In this document: piece by piece, positions 7,909 through 18,123 of the stretch
Position numbering within the stretch: position 1 is the stretch's first letter
How the letters are laid out: every line of letters starts with the position of its first letter
Source of the DNA: Lewinella sp.
Lineage (GTDB): Bacteria > Bacteroidota > Bacteroidia > Chitinophagales > Saprospiraceae
Length of the DNA: 44,594 nt
Direction of reading: 5' to 3'
Assembly: GCA_026421165.1 (NCBI GenBank)
Contig: JAPKCQ010000001.1
Location: forward strand, 1-44,594
Made by a program: the position numbers and the translations under genes
Notes under the pieces: generated by a model
What the model was told of the DNA's origin: nothing
The model's input: the letters and a program-made list of their open reading frames with translations, nothing else
The model's database searches: none

Positions 7909-10900
7909 ATGTATAAAGTAACCCGCTTACTTTTGTCAACACTGTGCATGTTGACGTGGGCAAACGCCTCACTCTCAGCACAAGTTACAACTTACGAAGT
8001 CAGCTTTGCAAGTATTTCCTTCATAAATCTTCAATTAAATGATGACTGCGCCCGCGACATCATTTATATGAACCTCCTCGCAGGAGACGATGATGTCGAC
8101 GGCGACGGTATCGTGCCTCCCCAGGAAGCCTTTATCATTGAAATTGACGACGACGCGCCAGAGAACGGCCCCATCGTCGACGGCACTGGAATGTTTAACT
8201 ATACTATTCGTCCTAATCCGGACAGTGTGGTTATAGGCTTCACCTATGGCTCCGGAATAATCACCGCCCGCGATGCGACGCCACCCCAGCAGTTTGGCGT
8301 TGCCTCCCTTAGTTCAAGCTCATTCTTTACTCCCCAGCTGCAGAACCTTACCATAAATACCCTGCCGTCCAATGTCTCGCGAACCTTCCTGGTGGATGGA
8401 ACAACGAGCTTTCCCATTATGAGTTCCGTCTCTGCCGAACTCGTAAACTGCCTTCTCGTGAGCGGTGCAATTCCACGCTTCACGGATGCTTGTTCCAGCG
8501 TCACCGTCGTTGTTTCCGACGAAATAATTGAGAACGACCCCTGCGGTGATATCATCATCCGGCGGACCTTCATAGCTACCGACGGTAGTGCCGATTTTGC
8601 CTCGCCTGATGGCCTTGGTGGTAACGGCGAAACCGTTGTCAGCTACAACATCGTACTCGAACGGCCAAGCGCTGATAGTGTGTTTGCGCCGATTGACCTC
8701 GTTGCCTACGAATGCAGCGATCCCGCGCTTGTCAACGGTAACTTTCCCGACCCAAGCCCAGAAGATTATCCTTTCCTTAATGGACCAGACGGTCCGGTTT
8801 TCCTAGGTGACGTTTACGGCAACGTCGGCGCATCCTTTACCAACAGCGGTTCCGTACAGCTCTGTAACAATACCATTAAGTACGTTCGGACTTATACCGT
8901 CATCGACTGGTGTAACACCGATAACGTCCAGACCTTTACTCAACTCGTGAAAGTTGGCGATACCGGCGCACCCACTATTTTGCATCCTACCCAGGATCTC
9001 AACTTTGATCAGGTAGCTGACGGCGGTCCACTTGTGTTCAGTACCAATGCTCCCGGCTGTGGTGCTTTTATAGTCACTAGCCTGGGCGGCCTTAGCATCA
9101 CCGATGGTTGCTCTCAACTGATGAGCGTTACCGCTTTTGTACTCCTTCATGGCGACGAAAATAATATGACCGGAGCGATCGACGTAAATGCGGCCAACGC
9201 AAGCAACCGCCTGACGCCTTTCTTGCCCGCCGGTGCACACACCCTTCGCTACGTAGCTGAGGACGAGTGTGGAAACATAGCAACCTCTGACCTCGATATC
9301 CTTATTGAAGACCACTCCGGCCCGGTAGTTATCGTTGAAGACGCTCTCAATGTAGCCCTTAGCAACAGTGGCTTTGCTACTGTGCTGGCAACGGACCTCG
9401 ACGAAGGCTCCTACGATGGCTGTACTGACATCACAATTGAGATTGCCTTCGCCAACGTTAACTCTCTACTACCCATTGGCACCTTCGGCCCGAGCATAAC
9501 CCTGAGCTGTATCGACCTTGACCAGGAGGTAACCGGCATTCCGGTGATCATCCGCGTAACCGATGAAAACGGCAATACGAACAACCGGATGTCCGTCCTC
9601 AACGTGGTGGATAATACGGCCCCGATTTGTATCGCACCAGGTAGCATAAATCTTACTTGTGCCGAAGCCGACCAGTTACTACCCGAAGACGTGAACGTGT
9701 TCTTCAACGCTGACCCCGAGGGTACGGTCGAGATGTTCAACGAACTCTTTGGAGAGGTGACTACGCTGGATAATTGTGGCAACGAATTTTCTTCCCAGAG
9801 CATCGTCTCCAACGTCAATGACTGTGGAACGGGTACGGTAAACCGTTCCTTTACCGTGACCGATGGGCAGGGCTTTGCTTCCGCCCCCGGTTGTGAGCAG
9901 ATCATCAACATACGCGGTGTTCGTAACTATACCGTTGAGTTCCCCGGCGATGCCTCGGCAACCTGTGGTAATATGCCCGACGTGAATGACTTCGTCTACA
10001 CCCCATTTGGTTGCGATTTGGTAGTGTCCTTCGTAGAAGTGGATACCTTCTTTGCTGCCTCCGACGCCTGTTTCAAAATCCGCCGGACGATCGAGATCAT
10101 CAACTGGTGTGAATACGACGGAAACGGAAACTTCTACACCATCCGCCGTGATGCGGATAACGACGGAAATACGGAGGAATCCACTTTCCTACACGTCATA
10201 CCCAACGGCAATATCGACGCTGCGGACGACGTCGCCGTATTGGATCAGGACGGCAACCGCAACAACATGAATAACATTGGCTTCGTAGACGTAGACGATA
10301 ATTTCACTGCCTTCGGTGTGGATAGCGATAACGACGGAGACACTGGCTACGCAAATTCTGAAAGCCGTGGTGCTTTTCGCTACATCCAGTTCATTAAGGT
10401 GTACGACAACATCGCCCCGACCATCACTAATATTTCTTCCGACGTGGCCAACAGTGAAGACTGCAGTGGCGGCGGTATTCAGATCGACTATACCGTTACG
10501 GATGATTGCGCAGGCGCAAACATCAGTACTAGCGTTGAACTCGACCTCAACTTCGTACCCGGCGGCGGCTTTAATGCCACCCGAACCTTGGGGTCTAGCG
10601 AAGTATTTGACGACGGAAACGGAAACTTTAACGTGATCCTCTCCGGCTTGGTGGCCGGCCAGCACGCCATCCGTGTAGCAGCCAACGACGGCTGTGGTAA
10701 CGTGAACGGACGCATTATTCAGTTTGATATTCAGGACAATAGCTCGGTAACACCGATCTGTATTGGTCGCCTCACCTTCGTTCTGATGAACAACGGAGCC
10801 GGTGGCGGAGAAGCGCTCGTTGAAGCGGACGACTTTATAGTCAGCATCGACGGCAACTGCAACAACGTAGAGGTAGATTACTCGATCTACCGGGACTTCG

Positions 10901-12285
10901 AGTTCAATAATCCCGACTTCAGCCCCGGAACGAACCGGCCCGATTTTCCGATCGGCTGCGACGATGTCGGTGAGGTTATTGTCCAGGTTTACGCCTTCAC
11001 GCCCAACGGTGAGGCTGAGTTCTGTACGGTTCGGGCCGTCGTTGAAACCTCTCCAACGGTTAGTTGTACTTCCGCTAACGTGGCTTCCTTATCCGGTTTC
11101 ATTACCTCTCCCGCTAACGAACTACTCGACGGTATTGAGGTCCATATCAGCGACATGGACACGATGGACGATATGCTCTACACCGATGCCAACGGCAGCT
11201 TCCTCTTCCCGGCGCTTTCCGAAGGCCACGGGTACATGATCCGCCCCAGTATGCCGGACGAAGTGAACCTCCGCCGGGTCAAAACCAGCGACATCACCAT
11301 CATTGGTGCTCACGCCCTCGGTGCCATCCTGATAGAAGAGCCTTACCGTATGCTTGCGGCCGACGTGAACGCTGACGGTTACATCGATATAGGTGATATG
11401 ATCGCCATTCGCCGCGTTATTCTTGGCCTTGACCAGACCTTTACCGAAGGGCCGACCTGGCGCTTCATTCGCCGCGACTTCGACCTTAACGGCCTGGCCG
11501 AAGGTTGGAACCCGAGCATCTTTCCTACTACCTACCAGGTGGAAGAGCTGTCTGGCCACAACCGTGAGGCAGACTTCATAGCCATCGAGGTTGGTGATGT
11601 ATTCGTGCAGCCGGGTAGCCGCGAAAGCCACGCGCTTACCGCAACCGACGCAGTACTAGCCGCGGGGGAAACCATCGACCTAGAGATTACCGCTAACGAG
11701 TTGACCGGTTTCCAGGGCACGATCGACGCCGCTTCCGGCCTTGTGATCGAAGGGTGGAGCTCCGAAGTACTCGGTGCTGGAAACGTCAACGATGCTTACC
11801 TCCGCCAGGGCTTGCTCGCAGTGAGTTACGACGGTCAGGAGTTGGACGGCACTGCTTCCGTCCTCACTCTGCACCTGCGCGCCGTCGCCCAGAATATCCG
11901 CATAAGTGACCACCTTAGCGTTACGGATAGAATGACCTACCCCGAAGCGATTCTGAAGGGTGGCAACACGGCGACCTTGAGCCTTGAATTCAGCGAGACC
12001 ACGGGCGGCGCAGACATTGTACTGCACCAGAATTTTCCCAACCCGGTGACCGCTCAGACCAACATCGTATTTGAACTCCCGACCTCCAGCGAAGTACTAC
12101 TGGAAGTGTATGACCTGCAGGGCCGCCTCGTAACGAAGCGCTCTATGGAAGGCCAAACCGGGCGCAATACGATTACCCTTTCGACCTACGACGACCTGAA
12201 CAATTATACCGGAGTTCTGACCTACACGATTACCGTGGGAAAGACCCGCCTTACGAAACGCATGACCGTGGTTGCCGCCCGGTAA
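7909..12285 (+). CDS. Large secreted Cys-rich repeat protein with dockerin-like motif and T9SS type A C-terminal domain
   Basis: Signal peptide; repeated Ig/HYR-like units (DxCGN, RTxxVIDWC, DNxAP); DVNADGYIDIGDMIAIRRVILG; C-terminal LHQNFPNP..YDLQGR..KRMTV. Confidence 0.88.
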   Translation: MYKVTRLLLSTLCMLTWANASLSAQVTTYEVSFASISFINLQLNDDCARDIIYMNLLAGDDDVDGDGIVPPQEAFIIEIDDDAPENGPIVDGTGMFNYTIRPNPDSVVIGFTYGSGIITARDATPPQQFGVASLSSSSFFTPQLQNLTINTLPSNVSRTFLVDGTTSFPIMSSVSAELVNCLLVSGAIPRFTDACSSVTVVVSDEIIENDPCGDIIIRRTFIATDGSADFASPDGLGGNGETVVSYNIVLERPSADSVFAPIDLVAYECSDPALVNGNFPDPSPEDYPFLNGPDGPVFLGDVYGNVGASFTNSGSVQLCNNTIKYVRTYTVIDWCNTDNVQTFTQLVKVGDTGAPTILHPTQDLNFDQVADGGPLVFSTNAPGCGAFIVTSLGGLSITDGCSQLMSVTAFVLLHGDENNMTGAIDVNAANASNRLTPFLPAGAHTLRYVAEDECGNIATSDLDILIEDHSGPVVIVEDALNVALSNSGFATVLATDLDEGSYDGCTDITIEIAFANVNSLLPIGTFGPSITLSCIDLDQEVTGIPVIIRVTDENGNTNNRMSVLNVVDNTAPICIAPGSINLTCAEADQLLPEDVNVFFNADPEGTVEMFNELFGEVTTLDNCGNEFSSQSIVSNVNDCGTGTVNRSFTVTDGQGFASAPGCEQIINIRGVRNYTVEFPGDASATCGNMPDVNDFVYTPFGCDLVVSFVEVDTFFAASDACFKIRRTIEIINWCEYDGNGNFYTIRRDADNDGNTEESTFLHVIPNGNIDAADDVAVLDQDGNRNNMNNIGFVDVDDNFTAFGVDSDNDGDTGYANSESRGAFRYIQFIKVYDNIAPTITNISSDVANSEDCSGGGIQIDYTVTDDCAGANISTSVELDLNFVPGGGFNATRTLGSSEVFDDGNGNFNVILSGLVAGQHAIRVAANDGCGNVNGRIIQFDIQDNSSVTPICIGRLTFVLMNNGAGGGEALVEADDFIVSIDGNCNNVEVDYSIYRDFEFNNPDFSPGTNRPDFPIGCDDVGEVIVQVYAFTPNGEAEFCTVRAVVETSPTVSCTSANVASLSGFITSPANELLDGIEVHISDMDTMDDMLYTDANGSFLFPALSEGHGYMIRPSMPDEVNLRRVKTSDITIIGAHALGAILIEEPYRMLAADVNADGYIDIGDMIAIRRVILGLDQTFTEGPTWRFIRRDFDLNGLAEGWNPSIFPTTYQVEELSGHNREADFIAIEVGDVFVQPGSRESHALTATDAVLAAGETIDLEITANELTGFQGTIDAASGLVIEGWSSEVLGAGNVNDAYLRQGLLAVSYDGQELDGTASVLTLHLRAVAQNIRISDHLSVTDRMTYPEAILKGGNTATLSLEFSETTGGADIVLHQNFPNPVTAQTNIVFELPTSSEVLLEVYDLQGRLVTKRSMEGQTGRNTITLSTYDDLNNYTGVLTYTITVGKTRLTKRMTVVAAR

Positions 12286-12317
12286 TGCTGGTTCTTTAGT
12301 GTGAACCGAAACTTTTA

Positions 12318-12373
12318 GAGAGTAGCGCGACCCTGCCTTTTCCTTCGGGAATTGGTGGGGTTATGCTCTTTTT
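12318..12373 (+). terminator. Probable intrinsic terminator with cUUCGg loop
   Basis: ACCCTGCC..TTCC-TTCG-GGAA..GGTGGGGT, followed by a T-rich tract. Confidence 0.55.
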
Positions 12374-12424
12374 AGGATAGGCGGTGGTTATTTGTGGTTC
12401 ACTACTTACTACACTATCTATTTG

Positions 12425-12443
12425 GGCGCGGCCGCTGGATGCA
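12425..12443 (+). repeat. Dispersed motif copy 2 (long form, 1 mismatch)
   Basis: GGCGC GGC CGCTGG ATGCA, followed by AAG. Confidence 0.75.
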
Positions 12444-12625
12444 AAGACAGTTGAAAAGCAAGGGACTACCGTTGCAGGCGAGGAGGGATGAATACGGTCT
12501 GCCTTCTCTACAGCAGGCCCGTGGCGGGGTGTCTTAGCCGACCGCCTTACGCTACTGCCGGACGTGGCGGTAGACCGTCGTCGACTTTTTAGCGGATGGG
12601 CTGTTCTGGAGAGGTATTTCAACAG

Positions 12626-12661
12626 AAAAGGTCCCGAATTTCCGGAGGGAAATTCGGGACC
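12626..12661 (-). terminator. Intrinsic terminator
   Basis: Perfect 14-bp stem GGTCCCGAATTTCC/GGAAATTCGGGACC with TTTT on the minus strand, about 40 nt after the stop at 12703. Confidence 0.85.
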
Positions 12662-12702
12662 AGGGAAATATTTAGCAGGCCAACAACTGGCTAAATAGAA
12701 AC

Positions 12703-15700
12703 TTATTTAACGAATTTACGGGCAATCAACTCGCCGCTTAGTTGCTTAATTCTAAGGACGTAGGTGCCTTGGGGAAGGCCTGATACGTCGATGTCTTGCT
12801 TTTCGGTAGTAATTGTCACTTGAGTAATTTGCTGACCGGCTGCATTGAAAATTATCGCTTCGCCTTCGCCGTTCACTACCGTCAGGTGGTTCACTACGGG
12901 GTTAGGGAAAATGCTGGTACCAGTTTCTAGGTCAGTGCCGTTGCGTACGCTGATGATCTCGGAGTACCCGAACGTACCGTCTAGGTCGATCTGCTTGAGG
13001 CGGTAGTAAGTCACCTCGCTGGTCAGTGGCGCATCGAAGTACGCGTAGTTGTGCTCGCTGAAGCGGGACTGGTTGGCGGGCACGAAAGCTACTTGTTCGA
13101 AGCGCCGGCCATCGTCAGACCGTTCTACGTCAAAGCCGGAGTTGTCCACTTCTTCAGTAGTGGTCCAGTTGAGCATATTGCCTTTGCCGGTGGGGGTGCC
13201 GTTGAAGCTTAGGAATTCCACGGGGAGGGCAGATGCTGGGAAACCGAGCATAAACAGACCGTTACCGTGGGTACCAAGTACTGCTTGGTTATCACTGGGA
13301 CGCAAACGCATGAAACTGCCCACGGCATAGCCGATGTCGTTCGGGCCTGGAGTACCCGTAACGCTTCCGACTCTTTCCCAAGTCGTAGTCGCGCCACTCA
13401 GGACATCCGTTGCGTAAAGACCGGTAGAGGTGCCAACCAGGTAGATGGTTTGAGTTCCTACTCTAACCATAAGGGCGGAGCGTACAGAAGCCAGGGCGAC
13501 TGCTGATGCGCCAGGACCTTCTACTTCTGTCCAGGCCGGAGAAGCTACGCTAGCATCAGTAGTGTGCCAGACACTGGAAACACTGTAATTAGAGTAAGTT
13601 ACCATGACTTCTTTATCGTCTTCGGGGTTGACACTGATGTCACTTACAAAACCAGCACCTGGAGTAATTTCTACAGGAGCTGCACTTGCACTACCATAAG
13701 CAGGGTCGCTCAGGCGGAAAACCTTCCCGCCTACGGTACCGAAGTAAAGTTTACGGGCGGCGTCAGAGGCACTGTAGCTTCCGTTTGCGGCACCAGCGGC
13801 GCTGCGGGTGGTTTCGAAGGTGGAAATAGCCGAGCCTGCTACTACTCCGGTCATATCTTCCCATCCGGTACTTGCATCTCCGGTAATGGTGCCGTTTGTA
13901 ATTCCACTTGCGCTAGTAGTACGTAGCAGGTTGCCACCTGTGGTTGGGTAGTAGAGAAGCTGAGTGTTGTCAGCATCAAGGTAAATACGGGAGAGGAAGC
14001 CTTGGTCCTTTCCTGTGGGCGTAATATAGGTCTGAACACCATCGTCAATACGCATAAGACCACCGAATTGCCAGGCAGTCAAAATAGAATAATTAGCGAA
14101 ACTGGTGCCGCTAATAATGGCAACAGAGGTGCCATCTACTGTGGGGCCGACCTCAAGGCCTGCGGCAGTCGTAGGCTGGATAGTGAAGGCATTGTCCTGG
14201 GCGGCACCGGCGACGAACTCAGACCCATTCACTGGATTAATATCGGCACTGTAATACTGGTAAGTAACGTATCCGTTATTTTTCGATGACCAATCATAGC
14301 CGTTGTCGTCTCCGGAGGCTGTTTTGATGGTTCCGGTTACGTCCGTACTGCGGAGACCACCGTCATTGCCCGACCACATTATATCATCATTGGTTGGGTC
14401 GAAAATAAGGATGTGGTTGTCGACGTGAAGGTTAATAGTATTAGCACCCTGCTGGCTTCCTCCGATGAAGTCGTAAACTTCCGTGGAGATGTTGTAGCGG
14501 TAAATCTCAGTTCCGCCAAAGTAAATATAATTGGCATCGTTAGGTTTCCCGACCATGCACATATTGTAACCACCCTGTAGCTCTAGCACTTTCGTTGGAG
14601 CACTACCAGTGTTGCAATTGCCAACCTTATCGGTGAGGTTGTTCCATACACCGCTTACCAAGACTTGAAGGCCAGCTCCAGAATCTCCAGAGTTAGTGCA
14701 GCTAAATGTAACGTTAAGTTGGAAGAATGCGGCAATATTTGGAGTGTTCCCGAGGTTAGTGAGAACGATACGACCAACGCCGTTGGCATCCAACTGAGCT
14801 CCAGTACGGACTTGCGTCCAGCTTATACCATCAGCAGAAGAGTGGATACCTCCGTTGGCGTCTGCGCCGTTAATCGACGCGTAAAAAGTGCTAGAGGGGG
14901 AGTTGTAGATAAGGTCACCGAAACGGCCAAAAGTTGACGCTGACCCCAGTACCGCGCTCCAGTTGGCGCCGCCGTCATCAGACCTCAGCACCGCTTCGCC
15001 TACGGATGCCAAAACATCACCGTTAGTAGGATTAACCAGTATTTTACCGATGTAGTCAAAATCATTGTCAAATATCACTTGGTTGCCGGCCCGTGTCGAC
15101 GCAAGCGGTGACCAGCTTGCGCCATTATCCGTAGACTTGAGAATACCGTAGCCAAGGTAGGTTGCTCCTCCTCCCGAAGTAGAGTTGCCAACCTGTTCAC
15201 CGGTACCTGCGTACCAGGTATCCTGATTGCCTGTACGCGGATCTTGCGCTACGGTGGTAAGGTTATGGATCTCTCCTGCTGGGGTGACGCGTATCCAAGA
15301 GCCTCCACCGTCGGTAGATCGGAATATTCCACCCGATACGCCACCGGAAATAATTACGCCGGTACTGGCGGTGGTATTGCGCACGTCAAAACCAATTGCT
15401 CTGGTACGTCCACCATAGTTGTCCGGTCCTTTGGAGGTGATGGTAATGGCGGGCAATGTTTTACCCGGCTCGACTAGTGACATCGGGAAAGCTGGGGTGG
15501 TATAAGCCGCTTTCATTTCTGCTTCGCGAACGCCTCTAGGAATTAGTCCAGTTGTAGGGTTCTTGAGCATGTTGAATTCAGCTTCCATTCGTGCGACAGG
15601 GTTTTCGCGCTTTTCGCGGTCCATTTCAGTGGTGGAGAAAGTAGTTCTGTCGTCTTGGGAAGTATCACATCCGGTAAATACGGCGAGCAGACAAGCCACT

Positions 15701-15732
15701 ACAGTAAGTTTAAGTAGGTATATAGGTTTCAT
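12703..15732 (-). CDS. BNR/Asp-box beta-propeller (VPS10/GH74-like) protein with T9SS type A C-terminal domain
   Basis: RSTDGGGSW, KSTDNGASW, RSDDGGANW and SSADGISW boxes; LPVEFLSF Ig-like module; IFPNP..LPQGTYVLRI..KFVK CTD. Start moved to MKPIYLLK, a signal peptide ending FTGC. Confidence 0.85.
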   Translation of the reverse strand: MKPIYLLKLTVVACLLAVFTGCDTSQDDRTTFSTTEMDREKRENPVARMEAEFNMLKNPTTGLIPRGVREAEMKAAYTTPAFPMSLVEPGKTLPAITITSKGPDNYGGRTRAIGFDVRNTTASTGVIISGGVSGGIFRSTDGGGSWIRVTPAGEIHNLTTVAQDPRTGNQDTWYAGTGEQVGNSTSGGGATYLGYGILKSTDNGASWSPLASTRAGNQVIFDNDFDYIGKILVNPTNGDVLASVGEAVLRSDDGGANWSAVLGSASTFGRFGDLIYNSPSSTFYASINGADANGGIHSSADGISWTQVRTGAQLDANGVGRIVLTNLGNTPNIAAFFQLNVTFSCTNSGDSGAGLQVLVSGVWNNLTDKVGNCNTGSAPTKVLELQGGYNMCMVGKPNDANYIYFGGTEIYRYNISTEVYDFIGGSQQGANTINLHVDNHILIFDPTNDDIMWSGNDGGLRSTDVTGTIKTASGDDNGYDWSSKNNGYVTYQYYSADINPVNGSEFVAGAAQDNAFTIQPTTAAGLEVGPTVDGTSVAIISGTSFANYSILTAWQFGGLMRIDDGVQTYITPTGKDQGFLSRIYLDADNTQLLYYPTTGGNLLRTTSASGITNGTITGDASTGWEDMTGVVAGSAISTFETTRSAAGAANGSYSASDAARKLYFGTVGGKVFRLSDPAYGSASAAPVEITPGAGFVSDISVNPEDDKEVMVTYSNYSVSSVWHTTDASVASPAWTEVEGPGASAVALASVRSALMVRVGTQTIYLVGTSTGLYATDVLSGATTTWERVGSVTGTPGPNDIGYAVGSFMRLRPSDNQAVLGTHGNGLFMLGFPASALPVEFLSFNGTPTGKGNMLNWTTTEEVDNSGFDVERSDDGRRFEQVAFVPANQSRFSEHNYAYFDAPLTSEVTYYRLKQIDLDGTFGYSEIISVRNGTDLETGTSIFPNPVVNHLTVVNGEGEAIIFNAAGQQITQVTITTEKQDIDVSGLPQGTYVLRIKQLSGELIARKFVK

Positions 15733-16156
15733 AGTAAGATTGATTGACACTCCTGTAATGGGGAGAATCGAGAGGGTGAAACTAAAGAAGAAGGTGAATA
15801 ACTGTTCAAGAAGAGTCCTGCGTTTAGGCATTGACTATACTAGTACTTGTATGACTGTCGTGGTCGCTACGCTTATTTTATGAAAAGGCCAGGTGGTTGT
15901 TTTTTAGTGATGCCGTATGAGTAACTTGTAGGCATCCCTTAAGGTGAAATGCCTTTTTGTATGTGGCGGGTACTGTCACAGGTTCAAAACAAAATGTGTA
16001 AGGTGCATACTTGTGTATTCTTGATTTGACTTAAAAGTACTAAATATTACGTGTTTGAATGAATTTTAATTCACCGTTAGTAAAAGCCTGGAGTAAATGG
16101 GGTAAGCCACAGCGGTGGTATAACAGAGAGGTAATGTCCTTTAATTCACCTTCCAT

Positions 16157-16174
16157 TGTGCCTGCGGTTGCGCC
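16157..16174 (-). repeat. Dispersed motif copy 3 (2 mismatches)
   Basis: Minus strand GGCGC AAC CGCAGG CACA, followed by ATGGAAGG. Confidence 0.7.
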
Positions 16175-16323
16175 TAAAAAACAGCCTGGCTTGGTATTAT
16201 CCCAGGAAAACGTACCTTCATTGCCAATAACTGCTATCAGGTCCACAAGTCAGTAAAATCGCTGATAGTTTGTGAATCCCGGCAGTATTACCCATTTTAA
16301 CCAATAAACCAAAACCCTAAAAT

Positions 16324-18069
16324 ATGCGCAAGCACACCGTTAGATGGCTCCTGCCATTCCTGCTTCTGCTCCCGGTCTTATCCTGGGCGCAAGACGAACG
16401 TCCTCCCGTTACCCGGGCATATTTCATCAATAACGCCTACGTGGTTCAGGAACCGGGTAAGGTGATTGATCTCGGCGGCGTCATCATCCGCAACGGCCTC
16501 ATCGAGGCGGTCGGTAAGGGCCTGAAGGCTCCGTTGGACGCTAAGACGCTGGAAGGCGACTCTCTCTACGTCTACGCCGGCTTCATTGAAGGCTTGTCCC
16601 ACACTGGCGTTCCGAAACCTAAGCAGCCCGAACGTGGCAGCCGCCCAGAGGTGAAAGACCCAGGTAACCCGCCCAACGACGTCGCGGGTATTCAACCCGA
16701 ACGGTCGGTAACTGACCTGATGAAGGCCGATGATAAATCAGTAGCCGATATGCGTGCTCTTGGTTTTACCGCCGCCCACGTAGTACCTCACGGTGGCATG
16801 TTGCCCGGGCAAGGGGCTATCGTTCTGCTGGGAGGAGACAATGAAAGGGAGATGGTACTGCGGGCAAATACCTCTTTGTACTCTGCTTTCGAAGGCGGAC
16901 AGCGGGTGTACCCGGTCACCACCATGGCCATCATGTCAAAATACCGCGAACTATACAAGCAGGCCGAGCAGGTGAAGGGCCACGCCGGCAAGTATGCCGC
17001 GAACTCTAGGGGAATGGCCCGGCCGGAATACGACGACGTGCTGGCAGCCTTCTTTCCCGTGATTGATAAAAAGATGCCCGTCTTCTTTGAAGTAGAAGAC
17101 ATCAAGGAAGTGTACCGCGCAATGGGCCTTTCCAAAGAGCTCGGCTTTAACCTCGTACTGGCCGAAGTGAGCCGTGGCCAACTGGTTATGGATAAGCTCA
17201 AAAGCACGAATACTCCCGTCTTCCTCACCCTGGACCTGCCAAAGGCAAAGAAAGAGGATAAAAAAGAGAAGGGTGATAAAGACAAAGGCGATAAAAAAGA
17301 GACCGACGAGAAGGATACTGATGAGAAAGACGTCGACAAAAAAGAAGGGGACAAGAAGGTGTCTCCCGAGAAGAAGATGATGATGGACAAGGCGGAAGCC
17401 CGTCGTGATGCCTCCCGGAAGGAACTTGAAGAACAAGCAGCAATGCTGGCCAAAGGCGGCATCACCTTCGGCTTCTCCACCCTGAACGTAAAAGCCAGCG
17501 ATGTCCGCGCCCACCTTGGCCGGATGATCAAAGCCGGGCTTACCGAGGATCAGGCACTCGCCGCACTGACTACGAACCCCGCCAAAATGCTCGGCATCGC
17601 CCAGGTCGCAGGTACGGTCGAGAAAGGTAAGATCGCTAACCTCGTCGTGACCGATAAGCCCTACTTTGCGGAGGGCTCGAACGTCCGCTACGTAATCGTT
17701 GACGGGATGCCGCATGAGTACGAGGTCAAGAAGAAGAAAGGCCCGTCGGATCCTGATGCCGTCGTAATGGCAGTAGGGGAATGGAACATCACCATCCAGG
17801 TGCCCGGGCAGTCCACCGAGAGTATGGTCACGATCACCGACGACGGCGGTAGCCTGAGCGGTACGATAGCGTCTGATGGGGATTCACGGAACTTATCCGG
17901 CGTCTCACTCGACGGTGATAACCTCACTTTTGGTTCTAAGTTCGAGGCCGGTGGCCAGTCGATCAGTCTTTCTTTCGACCTCATCATCGACGGTGACAAC
18001 ATCGAAGGATCGGTTAAGGCCGGTGGCTTTGGTTCCTTCGACGTAGAAGGCAGCCGTGCGCCGAAATAA
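16324..18069 (+). CDS. Secreted amidohydrolase-fold protein with degenerate metal site, K/D/E-rich insert and extra C-terminal beta domain
   Basis: Signal peptide; YAGFIEGLSH in place of DxHxH; ALTTNPAKMLG..GTVEKGKIANLVV. Confidence 0.85.
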   Translation: MRKHTVRWLLPFLLLLPVLSWAQDERPPVTRAYFINNAYVVQEPGKVIDLGGVIIRNGLIEAVGKGLKAPLDAKTLEGDSLYVYAGFIEGLSHTGVPKPKQPERGSRPEVKDPGNPPNDVAGIQPERSVTDLMKADDKSVADMRALGFTAAHVVPHGGMLPGQGAIVLLGGDNEREMVLRANTSLYSAFEGGQRVYPVTTMAIMSKYRELYKQAEQVKGHAGKYAANSRGMARPEYDDVLAAFFPVIDKKMPVFFEVEDIKEVYRAMGLSKELGFNLVLAEVSRGQLVMDKLKSTNTPVFLTLDLPKAKKEDKKEKGDKDKGDKKETDEKDTDEKDVDKKEGDKKVSPEKKMMMDKAEARRDASRKELEEQAAMLAKGGITFGFSTLNVKASDVRAHLGRMIKAGLTEDQALAALTTNPAKMLGIAQVAGTVEKGKIANLVVTDKPYFAEGSNVRYVIVDGMPHEYEVKKKKGPSDPDAVVMAVGEWNITIQVPGQSTESMVTITDDGGSLSGTIASDGDSRNLSGVSLDGDNLTFGSKFEAGGQSISLSFDLIIDGDNIEGSVKAGGFGSFDVEGSRAPK

Positions 18070-18123
18070 GTGGGCACTTTAGCTCCTCAAAACAACATTC
18101 ATTCACGCTTTGGAAATACCAGC

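Noticed and set aside
12296-12622. 108-aa ORF between the two T9SS genes; also small ORFs at 16040-16256
   Set aside because: No motifs, non-coding-like composition, and they overlap terminators or repeat copies.
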